From the NCBI RefSeq assembly GCF_001194135.2, contig NC_068982.1:20495461-20553249 (forward strand): a stretch of 57,789 bases of DNA, written 5' to 3'. Source of the stretch: Octopus bimaculoides. Taxonomy: Eukaryota. Below the pieces are notes generated by a model. The model was given only the letters and a program-made list of their open reading frames with translations, was not told the DNA's origin and did not search any database. The translations under genes and the position numbers were made by a program. Shown piece after piece: positions 37,773 to 51,236 of this stretch (the stretch's first letter is position 1; each line of letters begins with the position of its first letter).

Positions 37773-38885
37773 GTGGCCAGACGTTCTTCCCTAAGACTAC
37801 CTCCTAACCTGGCTCGTTCCCTGCTCCCGCCTACGCTGTCACACTCGCCCCTACATTTCCAGCACCACCATCCTCACAGGCACCCATCATCGTCTCTATC
37901 ATATCACCGACTCCTTTACCTACAATCTAGCAACGCCATTTACTGCACCTACTGCTTTTTTGCTCTTCTCTGAACATCAGACAAACGGGACGCCGGGCTG
38001 GCCGCTTGGCGGAGCAACTCCCAGGCATCACACTCGGCAACGACACCCCGGTTTCGCGCTATTTCAGCTCTATTGGTCATTCGGATTGTCTTTCCACAGG
38101 AGCCAGCCGGACTCCCGCCTTCGCCATGAACTGGAATTAATCTTCTCTTCACTCTTTTACACCACATGGGTTCAACTCCCCTCCTCTCTTCGTCTGACTA
38201 CCCTCACCTCCTATCTTCAACTGGCACCTCTCTTCACCTGTCCCCTCCTTTCTTGCTCAGACACCTACTTCCTCTCTTCACTCCTACCAAGCTTCTCTCT
38301 TCATTCTCTCATACAAGACCCACATTCTATCCCCCAAATCCCCACATCCTCATACCTCACACCACATCTCACCACCACACTACCAAATCACATCACACCA
38401 CCCCACACCACACAAACTAGCACTGACCACTTCCCAGTAGCCAAGGCACACACACTAGCACTAACCATTTCCGTTTACCAACACCACACACCATGATCCA
38501 TAAACCTACACATTACAGTCACACACACACACACACGCCCACATCCACACGTCAAAGTCAGTAACTCTTATCCACACACACACACATACACATTCCCACA
38601 TACACTCAACCGCACGTGCACCTTCGTTTTGGGGTTACCAATACTTTATTACGTCTCCTTCTTTCAACCCCTCCTGTCAAACTATTTTTCTCCAACCATC
38701 CGCCATGCTCGATCCCTAAATCCACAAGCTTCTTTTTTATTGTCTCTCTGTTTATTTTCTCCTGTTCCTTTATGCTGAAGAGCGCAGGCTTGACACATAA
38801 AATACTGTCTCATTTTCCCTAGCGTCAAACTAATACTTGTTGTTCATACACCTGTCTTCGTCTTTTGTTTTTCTGTAAATTTCAG
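37773..38885 (+). mobile_element. Second, more decayed Penelope-like element 3' remnant (GIY-YIG region plus tail)
   Basis: 37895-38190 aligns with 10290-10610 (gactcctttacc...atttactgc...catcagacaaacggg.cgccg.ctggccg...gacaccccggt...ccggactcccg...ttaatcttctct). It is frameshifted and followed by a C/A-rich tract and a pyrimidine-rich tail. Confidence 0.8.
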
Positions 38886-39199
38886 CTATATATATGTGTG
38901 TGTGTGTAAATATATATACACACCCAGAAGAAATGCTGATGAAAATAAACAGTCGAAATTTAACATTTCAAAATTCCTAAGATGAAAAAATATGTTTTGT
39001 AAAGTAAGCAATCTATTTAATTGAAAGCAATATTGGAAAATATTTGAAATAAAAGATAGAATAAACAAAGGCCTATGTTATTTCCTGAAGGATATTGTGT
39101 CCAAACAGTCCACAGCTTCAGTTTATTCCCTACTTGAGCGATTCTCTGAGAAAAATTGTTACCGAAATTCACCTTACTGCGCAATACTATTTTTAATTT

Positions 39200-39640
39200 T
39201 ACAAGCAGATGTTAAAAAATGTCTGGAATTTGATGTACGAAAGCTGCTTTAGTGTGTTGATGCTCAGAGAATGAAGATTTGTAACATATGGTACATCAAT
39301 AGTGGAGAGTATTCTTATGGTTTCTTATCTCTGGACAGTTTCCTGTTAATTGCTGTCCTGGACAAGATTCGTGCTCCAAACTGGAGACGCAAACCATAGG
39401 TGGAATTGGATAGCTGCAATGCCGCTGGTAATATCTTGCCGAACATTCTCGACTATAATGCTTGTTTCACGTTCATTAGCAGATTTTTAGAGTTAGTTTG
39501 GAGGAATGAATAGGTAAATTCCCATCAATATATGGTGATACGGATGGTTTTTACCGGCTTGAATTATCATTCAGCAATCCATTTCTGCATTGTATCCGAG
39601 TTAAATAACAGAAAAGGTGCATAGTTTATTACATCGTCTT
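39200..39640 (+). pseudogene. Possible very decayed RTE-like LINE reverse transcriptase fragment
   Basis: With frameshifts it reads GD..NHR(G)I..CNAAGNILPNIL...MVFT, resembling NHRGISLLSxAGKILARIL...DMIF of RTE RT. Weak, by-eye similarity. Confidence 0.3.
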
Positions 39641-41956
39641 TTTTTATATTTTAGAGGTAGAGCTTACTGTCCTCTGAGTACTTTGAGGACCATGTATTAC
39701 GTTAGCATCCGTTTCGTTTATATATGCAGGAAGCCATAAGGGGAAAAGTACAGAATTCTGCATGTCCCAACGTGTCATTGCCTTGGGTGCAAAATGTGAT
39801 ATTTATGTTGGTCTTTTCCACCGAGAATATAAACCTGCAATTATTTATAACGGTTACCTTTCACACTCATTGTACAATGCTTCGCCGGAAGTTGAAACTT
39901 TGGGATAGAATTTACAGATTGTATTAGGAATCAAATGTTGCAAATAACATTATACATGCCATTTATAATTTTGTTTGAGATTCAGCACTCGCATGCTCAT
40001 CAAATACAAATGTACTTTATATTTTGTCAATAACCATAAAACCATCGAATATCACACTCGTTCACACACACATCCGCGTACACCCTGTGCACACGCACAA
40101 ATACACACACGCGCAAACGCAACCTATTTTCTAAAAACAGGAAAAGCATTCGGTTGCACACTCACACATGACCACTTAATTGTAAAAAGCGCATACAAAA
40201 TATTAATAATCCGTTGTCACTAACGTCACTTTTTTCAACATCATTTTTTTTTTCTTTTTCCTCAACATTCTCATCATGATTCTGGCTTAAACAACGCCTG
40301 GCTTTGAGCTACGCAGTTTAATTTCATTTTGATTTGTTTTTACACCTTCATTGTTTGTAGCTGTTTGTTTCCGAAGACGAAATTGAGCTTCAAATGTTTT
40401 TTGTAATTTTTGCTTTATACTAATCTATTCAGATATTAAACTAAAAACGTTGTTGTTCCATTGTATCATTGTTTTTATTGTCTGATTACTATATTCTATA
40501 TATTTACTCACTTATACACTTGGTTCATATGTTGGAATTCTATCTCCTCTTGCGTTTCTACTTTGTTTACACTCACTATGCCTTTTGCATTTTCCTTGTG
40601 GCAATATCAAGCGAATCGCTTCTTATCGTTACAGTGGCGATGGGAAGAAACCTACAGTCATTATTCACCATCTTATAATATTTCCGCGTTCATTATTTCC
40701 TCAAACCAAACCCGAGACATTCTCTAAGGTCTGACCTTGTCTCTCCTAATTACACTACTCACAGCACACATTCCAATGTACCCTTTATTCACGACCTCAA
40801 ATTTTATGTGTCTGCATCCATTTCCCATAATAAGATAAAAAAATTGGCATACCCACTTCTCGGCCAGGCACAACCTCGTCATGTTTAAACATGCCCACTT
40901 ATCGTGTTTTTTTTGTGGTGGTGGGGGTTCTTTCATTCGAAAATCTGAAGCTCAGCCGGAAATGTTCGAGCGATGAATTATTAATTATTTCATCTTTAAA
41001 ACTTGTTGAGATTTACTGGAATTCTCTATGCCTACGTAAACATAGGATTACGTCGTTTTCTGGAATATAATTTACGCTGGTAATACACTAGGTACACATA
41101 CATGTAGATATAGAAATATTTACACATGAAAGCACACACATCCATTCATGTACAAGCATACTTTTTACCATCTTGCCTACATCTTTACAGCTCATATAAA
41201 TTTCCCAATATTTTAGCTCTATTCATCAGTTTCCTTAACGACATAATGATGCCAGTCGGAAGCAACATATCACGTTTTAAATCGTTGAATAAATGTAATT
41301 TGTAAAATTTATATAAAATATAGCAACGTTTTCTCTGTTTACAATCTAATTATGGGGATGTGTTTCAGCAAATATTCTCTAAAAATATTTTACTTCATGT
41401 AAATTTTCCGCAATTTTTACTATGTTTCTTAAAATGTCTACTTATATTTTTGATCCTATCTCTACAAGAACTCTCTGCATGGAATAAGCGAACCTAAATC
41501 CTCACTGGGAAATTTTGTTTGAAAGTAATAAATTTGAATTATTACTGCAAACGTATTAGAGTATTATTGGGAATGATATTATACTTAAGGAAATTCATTG
41601 GCTTATTAAATTGGCTGTGTATACTAGAAAACTGTCTTCTTTATGCAAAATACGATAAATGAAAGAACGAAAATTCTTCTCTGAATTCGGGGAGACGAGC
41701 TTTGCATTTTGTTCCCATTTAGTCCCATTCGGTTAAAAGTATTCGTTTAGGTATGTTAATTTTATTTTAATTACCTCACATAAGTTATATAAGTTACATC
41801 AACAACAACATCATTACACACACACATACACAGACTGACACACATATATTATATTTTATTATATTTATATGTGTGTGTATGTGTGTGATGTCTTTAAATA
41901 CATTTACATTAGAAACCAAGAAAAGAGTTAAATATAAAACCACGTACATGTGATAC

Positions 41957-42018
<62 letters not shown>

Positions 42019-42060
42019 TACATACAGATAGATAGATATATAGATAGATAGATGGATAGA

Positions 42061-42450
42061 TGTTGTGTTGTGTGTTGGCACTCCGTCGCTTACGAGGTCG
42101 AGGGTTCCAGTTGATCCGATCAACGGAACAGCCTACTCGTAAAATTAACGTGCAAGTGGCTGAGCACTCCACATACTCGTGTACTTTTAACGTAATTCTC
42201 GGGGATATTCAGCGTGACACAGTGTGACGAGGCTGACCCTTTGAACTACAGGCAAAACAGAAACAGGAAGTAAGAGTGAGAGAAAGTTCTGGTGGAAGAG
42301 TACAGCAGGGTTCACCACCATCGCCTGCCGGAGCCTCGTGCAGCTTTAGGTGTTTTCGCTCAATAAACACTCACAACGCCCGTTCTGGGAATCGAAACTG
42401 CGATCCTATGACCGCGAGTCCGCTGCCCTAACCACTGGACCATTGCGCCT
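42061..42450 (-). mobile_element. tRNA-derived SINE family 2
   Basis: Minus-strand head aggcgcaatggtccagtggttagggcagcggactcgcggtcataggatcgcagtttcgattccc has an A box (TGGTCCAGTGG) and a B box (GTTTCGATTCC). The body ends in a (caa/ca) tail. Confidence 0.85.
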
Positions 42451-42517
42451 GCACGGATGGATAGGTATATAGATAAATTGATACACGCGTTCATATACAT
42501 ACACACACACTCATATT

Positions 42518-42942
42518 ACTCTTTTACTTTTTTATTCTTATATTTGCTTCAGTCATTTGACTGCGGCCATGCTGGAGCACCGACCTTAGCAGAACAAATC
42601 GACTGCAGAATTATTCTTTGTAAGCCTAGTATTTATTATATCGGACACTTATGCAGAACCGTTAAGTTACGGGGACATAAACACACCAGAATCGTTTGTC
42701 AAGAGATGGTGGTGGGACAAACACAGACATAAAACAACACACACACACCCACACACTAACACACACACACACACATATATGTATATACGACGGGCTTCTT
42801 TCAGTTTCCGTCTACCAAATCCACTCACAAAGCTCTGGTCGGCATGAGGCTATTGTAAAAAACGCTTGCCCAAAGTGCCACGCAGTGGGACTGAACCCGA
42901 AACCATGTGGTTCGTAAGCAAGCTACTTGCCACACTGCGCCT
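42518..42942 (-). mobile_element. SINE family 1 copy
   Basis: Reverse complement of the family 1 consensus (tttcagttcc...gcccaaagtgccacgcagtgggactgaacccg; cagtcatttgactgcggccatgctggagcacc). Confidence 0.92.
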
Positions 42943-42960
42943 CTATATGTATACATACAG

Positions 42961-43105
42961 GCGCAGGAGGTGGTGGCGAATATCAGGAAGGTGCTCGACA
43001 ATATCCCATGGACATATTGCGAAACGCACGCACTTGGTTCCGTAGCCGTCTTGTCGCCGTATTGGAAGCTGAGGGCGGCTTCTTTAGTAAACTGTTACCT
43101 CCCAG
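42961..43105 (+). pseudogene. Tc1/mariner-superfamily transposase C-terminal fragment
   Basis: With one frameshift: VANIRKVLDNIP/MDILRNARTWFRSRLVAVLEAEGGFF, typical of the Tc1-type terminus (cf. ACxRFRxRLEAVVEAEGGxIE). Confidence 0.7.
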
Positions 43106-44704
43106 CCACAATATGTGCTTATGTGTCTGTGTGTGCACGGATGCATTTATATGTATATACATATACACAGACACCCACACATTTACATATACATACGCAC
43201 GTATATATGCCTAACTATATGTATACACACACAAACACACACTCACACCCATATATTTATATACAGAAATGAACATATGTATATTTATATAAGACACTTA
43301 TAGAAATGTTTGTTTGAAATTGAATTATAGTACTGCAAAGACTAAAAATTAAGTATTTGATGCTAAAAAAAATGAAGGAATATAGTCGAGGAGACAGAAA
43401 ACGTTTGTTACCACTGGGCGAAGGAATGCAATGTATTATTGTATGATTACAATGAAGTGCTTACGATCGAAGAATCCATATCGGATATAAATATGCAATA
43501 AGTAAACCTGAAAGAAATACGAAGTAATTAATTAAATGAGAAAAGGAGAAAATTGCAGAAGATGATACAGAACTGCACATCATCCGAAGACACTTGATAG
43601 TGAAGTAAGGTAAGATAGATGTGAAAGATGACACTTTGTTTTTACATTAAAGTTGAGACAGAAGAGAATGAGGACTGTTATGTTTGTGTTTCTAGTTATA
43701 GTAACATTGCCAGTAGGGGTATTGATCACAAAGATATTCGTTAATAATATAAGTATAAGCAGTTTAAACGTTAAGAACAGCGATATAATATTTCGGATTT
43801 GAGAGAGAAACAGAAAAATTTTTACATTGCTATTACTACAAGATTTGGAGCAATATTAAGCATGGACAAACAGTAATTTTGGTTTGGGTTTTACTCCGTG
43901 CATAGGAGTGATATATCACATCGAAGATCAAACGGATTCTATCTATGACGTTCTAAACTATTCTTTTCTATCACTGTGTGCAATGGATTGTGATTGGATG
44001 CATAATTCTTTTTTCTGTAATGGGTTATTAACAAGGTATTTACTAATTTCAACAGACTATGTGGTGCACATTTCATATTCTTAATGTTTGATTAAGTCAT
44101 TACCTGCATTCAGTATATTAAATTTTCTGCAAAATGTGTCTGCAATAAAACAAGGAATTAAAATGCATTGAAATATATAATCTTCAAAATGTGAAAATGT
44201 GGCGCTAAATTGACCTCGCAGACGATATGAGAAAGACATTTACTGTTATCATAAATACTGAAGTAAACCTCGGATATATATATATATAAATATATATATA
44301 TATTTGCACTAGCTATTCATTCTGAAATAATTATAATTACATCATAATGAATGAAAATTATGCAATTGCAAGCACTAGTGTTATTGAAAAATGAATGTTG
44401 CCTAAGAGATAATCAAGGAAGAATATCATAGACAATGCGTTACATTGAAAAAGATTTTGAAAATCTTAAAGCAATATACCACCTACATTACGCGTTATAC
44501 ATTTTTCATAGAAATACGTAAAGAATAATGAATATGAACTAGAAAATAATTCGAAACTCATTGCAAGAAAGGAATACAGCTTCACTGAAAGGAATTAGTG
44601 GGGGAACTGTGGACTTCCCTGTCGTAGATTCTGCAATTCCTTGCTGAACAACCAGCACGAATGTTTTGGTTATAATTATGAAATATTTGTGACGTGCGCT
44701 AGTG

Positions 44705-44890
44705 ACTCTCTCCCTCCATCAAATCGTCATTAACTGTAAAGGTTCCAGCGTGCCACGTGGCATTTGCTCGAGATCAGAGAGTGATGTGAAATGAGGTTTT
44801 TGTTCACAATCTGAACACATCGCCCGATCCGGGAACTGAAACTGCGATCTAGAAATCGTGAAGACAACATCAGTTACTAGGCGACACACC
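44705..44890 (-). mobile_element. tRNA-derived SINE family 3, decayed
   Basis: Minus strand gtcgcctagtaac...agatcgcagtttcagttcccggatcgggcg...aaacctcatttcac shows A/B-box-like motifs. Confidence 0.55.
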
Positions 44891-45704
44891 CATATTAGAA
44901 AAGGACTGTGTAACAGTTTTATACAGGAATTAATACGAAGAAATGTTATCATAAGTAATATCAAAATGAATAACAATTGAAAAGATTGTATAACAATCGT
45001 GTTATAATTATTCACTTTGTTCATAATGTAAAATGCAATAAGAGAATGCAGAGTTTAAAATACGTAGTATTACATGCTATGCAACTTGTACTGACCAGCA
45101 CCGTTAAATAGCAAAAATTGGTAAAATATTAACCATATGAAATGGGATGGGTGGATATTACCTAAATTATTCTTTTGAATAAAGTAACCCAATGATTATG
45201 ATCCACTGAGGTTTGATCCTTAACAATACACTGATATCAACTCCAATATATGTCACTATAGGCTATTCACGTAATCTGTGCATCAGACCAAAGGTAGAGA
45301 ATTCTATAACAACTTCGGTGAGAGCGGCAGCTTTCAGCCAACCAAATGGCACTCATTTTTGCTATCCTTTCCTCCTATAGTCGTTAAGAATTATACAATT
45401 TCTGTATTGTTTTCTATCGTTGCTTAATATTTTAAAGCATTATATTTATTTCTTTAGAGATATTGTTATATATACCTCAAAGACTCTATTTCAATGAGTC
45501 AGAATACTGAAAAACACAAAACAAATATTATATAAATATTTTTCTCGATATTGGATGCAAGAAAATTCAGTAAAAAAGCAGTAATAAAAAATGGATGAAA
45601 GGTGTCGAAATACAAATATGCATACGTTCATACATAAAAAGATACAGACATAAGTGCACATACGCATTCGTGCAGATGTAAATTCATAAATACACACACG
45701 CACG

Positions 45705-45769
<65 letters not shown>

Positions 45770-45902
45770 NNNNNNNNNNNNNNNNNNNNNNNNNNNNNNN
45801 NNNNNNNNNNNNNNNNNNNNNNNNNNNNNNNNNNNNNNNNNNNNNNNNNNNNNNNNNNNNNNNNNNNNNNNNNNNNNNNNNNNNNNNNNNNNNNNNNNNN
45901 NN

Positions 45903-45936
<34 letters not shown>

Positions 45937-46217
45937 GCTATTCACATTGTGTACAGCAAGATCTTAAGTGGTTACTCGCATGTTTATTGTCAAAGGTTCT
46001 TGGGGTGGTCATAGACAAAATGTGCTGGATGCTGTACTGAATGTCATAGGAGAATAACTTACGCCATCAACGACGACAGTGCGTGAGACATCCTGCTGTA
46101 CACCCTACAAATAACTATTTTTTCTTGCTTGGCCAATACAAGCATTTGTCAGCAAATGATTTATTCGCCGAAAGCAGAAACAAGCCAGCGGTTTCCTCTA
46201 GGGTTTGACTGGCTGCT

Positions 46218-46263
46218 GCTTGTGGCTGACGAGACACGAGTCGAAACAGAGGTTGCCGACAGC
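46218..46263 (+). ncRNA. Hammerhead-like motif, imperfect helix I
   Basis: CTGACGA 46226-32; helix II gac-acga-gtc; GAAA 46243-46; C-agag-G; GUU triplet 46252-54. Confidence 0.4.
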
Positions 46264-48244
46264 GCTGCACTATTGAGGTGTGTGTACTGAACACTCTGTC
46301 GTCGTAAAGAGTAATTGTTATTGTTTTATGACATACCCTCGTGTGACCAGCATGTCTTGCGATAAAATCGGAGTGGGCATATAAACAGGTATGTATATGT
46401 ACATATATGTATATGTACATATATGTATAAGCATTTGTATGTGTGCACTGTTTGTCTTCTGATTACCGTTTCTTTAACGACCTTCATCCGTATATGTACA
46501 TCAGTTTTTGTCGATGATGTTTTGCACATCAACGAACACTTCTCCTTTAACAACTCATTGAAGGCGTATGTACATGTACAAATGTATGTATACAATTGGT
46601 TGATTACTACAGATAAAGCGAAGAAGTTTCGGACTACAATGGCAATTGGAAATTCAATAGATGGCTGAACGGCGTAGAAATGATTTAGAATTCCTTCTCA
46701 ATCACAGATACTTTCCCCATTCTATTTGCATTCTCTTCTGTAACTTTAACTATGCCTTCCCATGGCGCCTCTCCTCGACATATTTAAAGAATCTACAATT
46801 CGTTCCATCAGTCTTAAAATAATGAATATACTCCTGCACGATTTTCTAGGGGATGAGCGACTGTTAGGAGGTAGGGGTAATTTTCTTGGAGAGGTTTTCC
46901 CTCAAGTAGCGAATATGATTCCAATTGCTGATGTCATTAAAGCATGAATGAATCAACCGCTGCGAAGAAATATGTGAACAAATGAAATCTGTAGAGGAAT
47001 ATGAGAGCAGCAGCGCAAGGTAAGTTTTAGACAAGATCTTTAAATTTGCGACGATAAATGAAGATAGTGTCGTTGTTCCCAATTATTTGCGTGTTGATGG
47101 AAATATAAAGAGAGGAATGAACATATAGCGAATATATAAATGTCAAATTTGAATAGTATATACGTTCAGTTTCAACAACGACAATCCTCGTAGGGCACAA
47201 AATGCGATAATGCTCAATATTAACCTATCGGAAAATATCACGGGAGATTTCACACCATATCAGGATATCGTTTCACAATGACTCAACTGATGAAGAGTCA
47301 GCATATTAATATTTCTTTTGTGTTTTTGTCAGGGGGAATCCCTCATGAATAAAATCTAATGCTATGCTCTATTGTAACAGCTCTCGAAAATTCAATCAAG
47401 ATTCTTGTCATATATGTCTCGCGTTTTGTTATTCGTATCACTATCAGTGCTATAAATTTCTCACAGCATAATCAGAATAACATGAGCCGGAAATATATTG
47501 CTTATCCTCTGACTTCGATTGATTCCAAGGAAGAGCCTACAATTCTTACTGAAAAGGAATAATTTTCAATTACATTGCGTTCGAAATGGTGACGGTTAAA
47601 TTCTTCGCAAAGCAGTTTTCTTGTAGCGAAATGAGTTTCGGGATTATCTGTAAAGGGGGAAAAAGAAAACAAAAGAAAAATCAGCTATTTTAAAATTATG
47701 ACTTGAAATTTAAGAAAATAAAGTGATATATATTCCTTTGTTAACTCACAAATAAAGTATATTTATCTAGCAATATATTGGATTCAAATTCTGACTTGCA
47801 AACGGCAATATTGAGTTACAAGCCTGAATGCACCCTTAGTTCACAACAACGCTTCGGACTTTAGTATTGCAGATTCTCATGGAAACCCCGAGGTGTGTTT
47901 TCGTATAATTTATTTACATTGTCTTTTATCTGGGTCACAGAATCGTGTGTGAGTGCAGCTCCTTTGAAAACTACCAATGTAGTTACAATCAGTCTCTAAA
48001 CATCAAATTGACGGGTATGTTAAACACATGACATGTGGTAGTATTCTCTCAATGGTTTCAGTCGTAGGAATGTAGCCATGCTGGAGCACCACCTTTATTT
48101 TCTGTTAGTCTTGTTTGTTACTTTATGGTTGGGTGTTGGTCTCTGATCGTGTTAGTTGCAGCTGATCGTTGCTGAATATTCAATTCCTGGAATGTCTAGT
48201 ATAAACTTTTAGGAGTTTATCCAGTGGTTTATTTGGATTGTTCA

Positions 48245-48248
48245 TCAT

Positions 48249-48338
<90 letters not shown>

Positions 48339-48347
48339 CAGCAGCAC
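48245..48347. repeat. Compound (GCA)n/(GTA)n microsatellite
   Basis: Directly visible. It explains the poly-S/poly-L ORFs. Confidence 0.95.
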
Positions 48348-48777
48348 CATCAGCGGTAATAGCAGCAGAAACCAACATGATATCAACTTCCCGAAATCAC
48401 TAGAATCAGCATGTAATTTCAGCTTCAGCTAGCCGTCTAGGTTGGCAGTCAAATAGTCTAGAATAATGTTGTTGAGTAAGCATGATAATAATTCAGATGA
48501 ATAGAGCAAACCAGCAATAACATTATGTCTAAGCATATATCGTACCGTTCCAAGGAAAGATTGTTTATTGGCGACACTAACGAATCTCGTTGGAATTTCC
48601 TCTCACGTATCAGAAGGCAATTTTATAATCATGAGAAATATTTTCTTAGAAGTGTAGAACAGTTAGTTATTGAATGTATCTGTATGTTTAGTTCTTTCTC
48701 TTTCTCCCACTTTCTTTCTCTGACGCTTTCCAGCTGTCACTCCCTTTCGCCCTCTTCTTCAATGTATAAATCAACAC

Positions 48778-48836
<59 letters not shown>

Positions 48837-51202
48837 TGTATTTATGTATGTATTTGTGAGAGTGTGTGTGTGTGAATTTGGGGTGAGAATGTGTGTCTAT
48901 GCGTATGTATGCATGTACATGTGTAGATAGAACTGGAGGTGCGTAGGTTTGTTTCGTCTGCAAGTATGTGAGCGTAGATAAATTTACAAATAAATATTAT
49001 TACTTGAATGCATACAATCATACAATTTTATATAAATATACTGAAGGATACACATACTCACACGAACAATTGTCTCTTTTCCCAGATACATACATACACG
49101 CATACATACATATAGAAAGAAAGAAGCATACACATTCGTATATATTGAGACTTTGTGTACGTGTTGTGTGCATGTGTGTGTGTTTATTAATTCATCTATG
49201 TAAGAAAGAAATGGAGTTGCATACATTCCCTTTTGTATACAGGTATGTGTAAGTGCACATATGACACTTAATTATTGATGCTGACTGCATAAAACAAATA
49301 CAAACACAAGACAGATATAAAGTGTATTACGATGAAAACAAGTTAAAATTTAGCTTCTTGTTATATTACTGAATAGCAATGCTTACTCACAACTACCGTG
49401 TGCAAAACAAGTTTCAAAAGTTACTTTTCTCTACTTGCTGTCATAGGCATACATAAATGCATACATACATGCATATATACGTGTGTGTGTGTGTGTGTGT
49501 ATTTGAATGTGTGTGTGTTGATATTTTTTTTAGAACTTAACTAGAAAATAGCGTGTATGAAATCGCATAAGTATCTCAGACGATAATGTAAACTAACGCA
49601 AAGCATTCTGTACATTTGTATAGAAATAGTTTATAACGGTAAAATATTATTTGTAGGTTGTCGTGTGACCAGCTTCGTCATGAAGTTTAGGTAATTACAC
49701 TTTCACACACAACTACATAATTAGCATATTGAAAAAGAAAAAAAATATTGTCGCTTCGATAACTTTTGAATTCCAGTAAATACCATACTTTTAGAAAATT
49801 TTCATTAAAGGGACAGTTAGCATAGAGAATATTTACTAGCTTTCTGTAGAGGATGTTTCTTTCAGAAATTACACTAACATTCGACAATGTTTGGAGTCTT
49901 CTCAACATCTACCAGCCTCGTCTTACGTCTTGCTGAATTATAGTTATAATAAGTCGTACTTTGTCACTAATTCTTTAAGATGTAATTTATATTAACGTTA
50001 AGAACCTATCTTCTGAATATAGTTACAACTTCAATGAATTAAGATTAGTTTGCTTCACAAACCATAAATAGTATTACCCACATTTAAACAATATTTACAT
50101 TGTCTAAGACCAGTGTGCACCTTGTAAGACTGACTAAAGATAAATTTATTCCAGTCCAGAAAGCTCGTTTCGTTTCTTAAATACCTAATATATCGTACCC
50201 AACGTATCTTTTGCTTTTTTAACATGCCGGGCTGAGCAATTGCGTGGAGAGATTACATACATCAATAGGGCATGGTTAGAATAATGATATACATTTATTC
50301 TTACGATACCTGAAAAACATTTTAAAACTGTTTATAGTTATGCAATGATATATAATTATAGCTACTTATTACACATTTACAGCATTACATTTTCCGTCTC
50401 TTTTGTTTTTATATTCATACTTTTCTAGCAGTCTTGTTCTTTCATATTTTAATTTTTTAGATATTTCTTTCGCCGCCTGTCTGGTCTATATATTAGGTTG
50501 CTTACGCTGTATTCTGATCGCCACACGGTCATTCTGTCACTGACATAGTGTATGACTAGTTTACATGACCCTTTCTTCCTTTCTTCTCATTCTTTTAATG
50601 AATAGTGTTTGATTTCTTTATCTACTCTATTTCCCTTAAAGTCGGTGTTATGATATGTCTTCACTAGTCTGATTCTGACTAAATTAACTCTTCGTCTATC
50701 TTTCTTCTCTTTCTTTTTTCAACATTCATCACGCTCCTACTCATTCTCTCCATTACTCACATGATCTCGTTCTTGCTTTCCCAGTATTTCTTTCTCCCGC
50801 TCTGTTCAGCTCACCATTACTAATTCTACTTACCCTCATTCTTTTATTGATTTGGTATGCTTGCAAATATAGGGTTAACTACATCAGAATTTACTTTTGC
50901 TCTTCATTCTTCTAACGAGAACATTCGATGTTATGACACACCCCGTTTGAACATATTAACATATCATGATTTGGTTGTTGAAATAAATTTCTAATGTACA
51001 TGTGTATTTTTGCATTAGTGTGTACACTTGTCTGTTTGTGTAATGCATATTTACACTTACATATACCTACCTAACCGGATATGCAGCTATCTAATTACCT
51101 ACAGACACACGTACACATATATAGATACTTCAGTATATATTAGAAAATATATATGTCTTTCAATTTGCATGTGTATGAGTGTGTGTGAGTGTGTTTGTAT
51201 GT

Positions 51203-51236
<34 letters not shown>

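Noticed and set aside
46940-47015. Strong GTAAGT donor after ...GCAGCAGCGCAAG
   Set aside because: In-frame stops lie just upstream and there is no good acceptor, so a coding exon cannot be supported.
12657-47293. Other CTGANGA hits (12657, 13082, 15221, 38936, 47287; minus strand near 4955, 30434)
   Set aside because: None has a paired helix II followed by GAAA and an NUH triplet.
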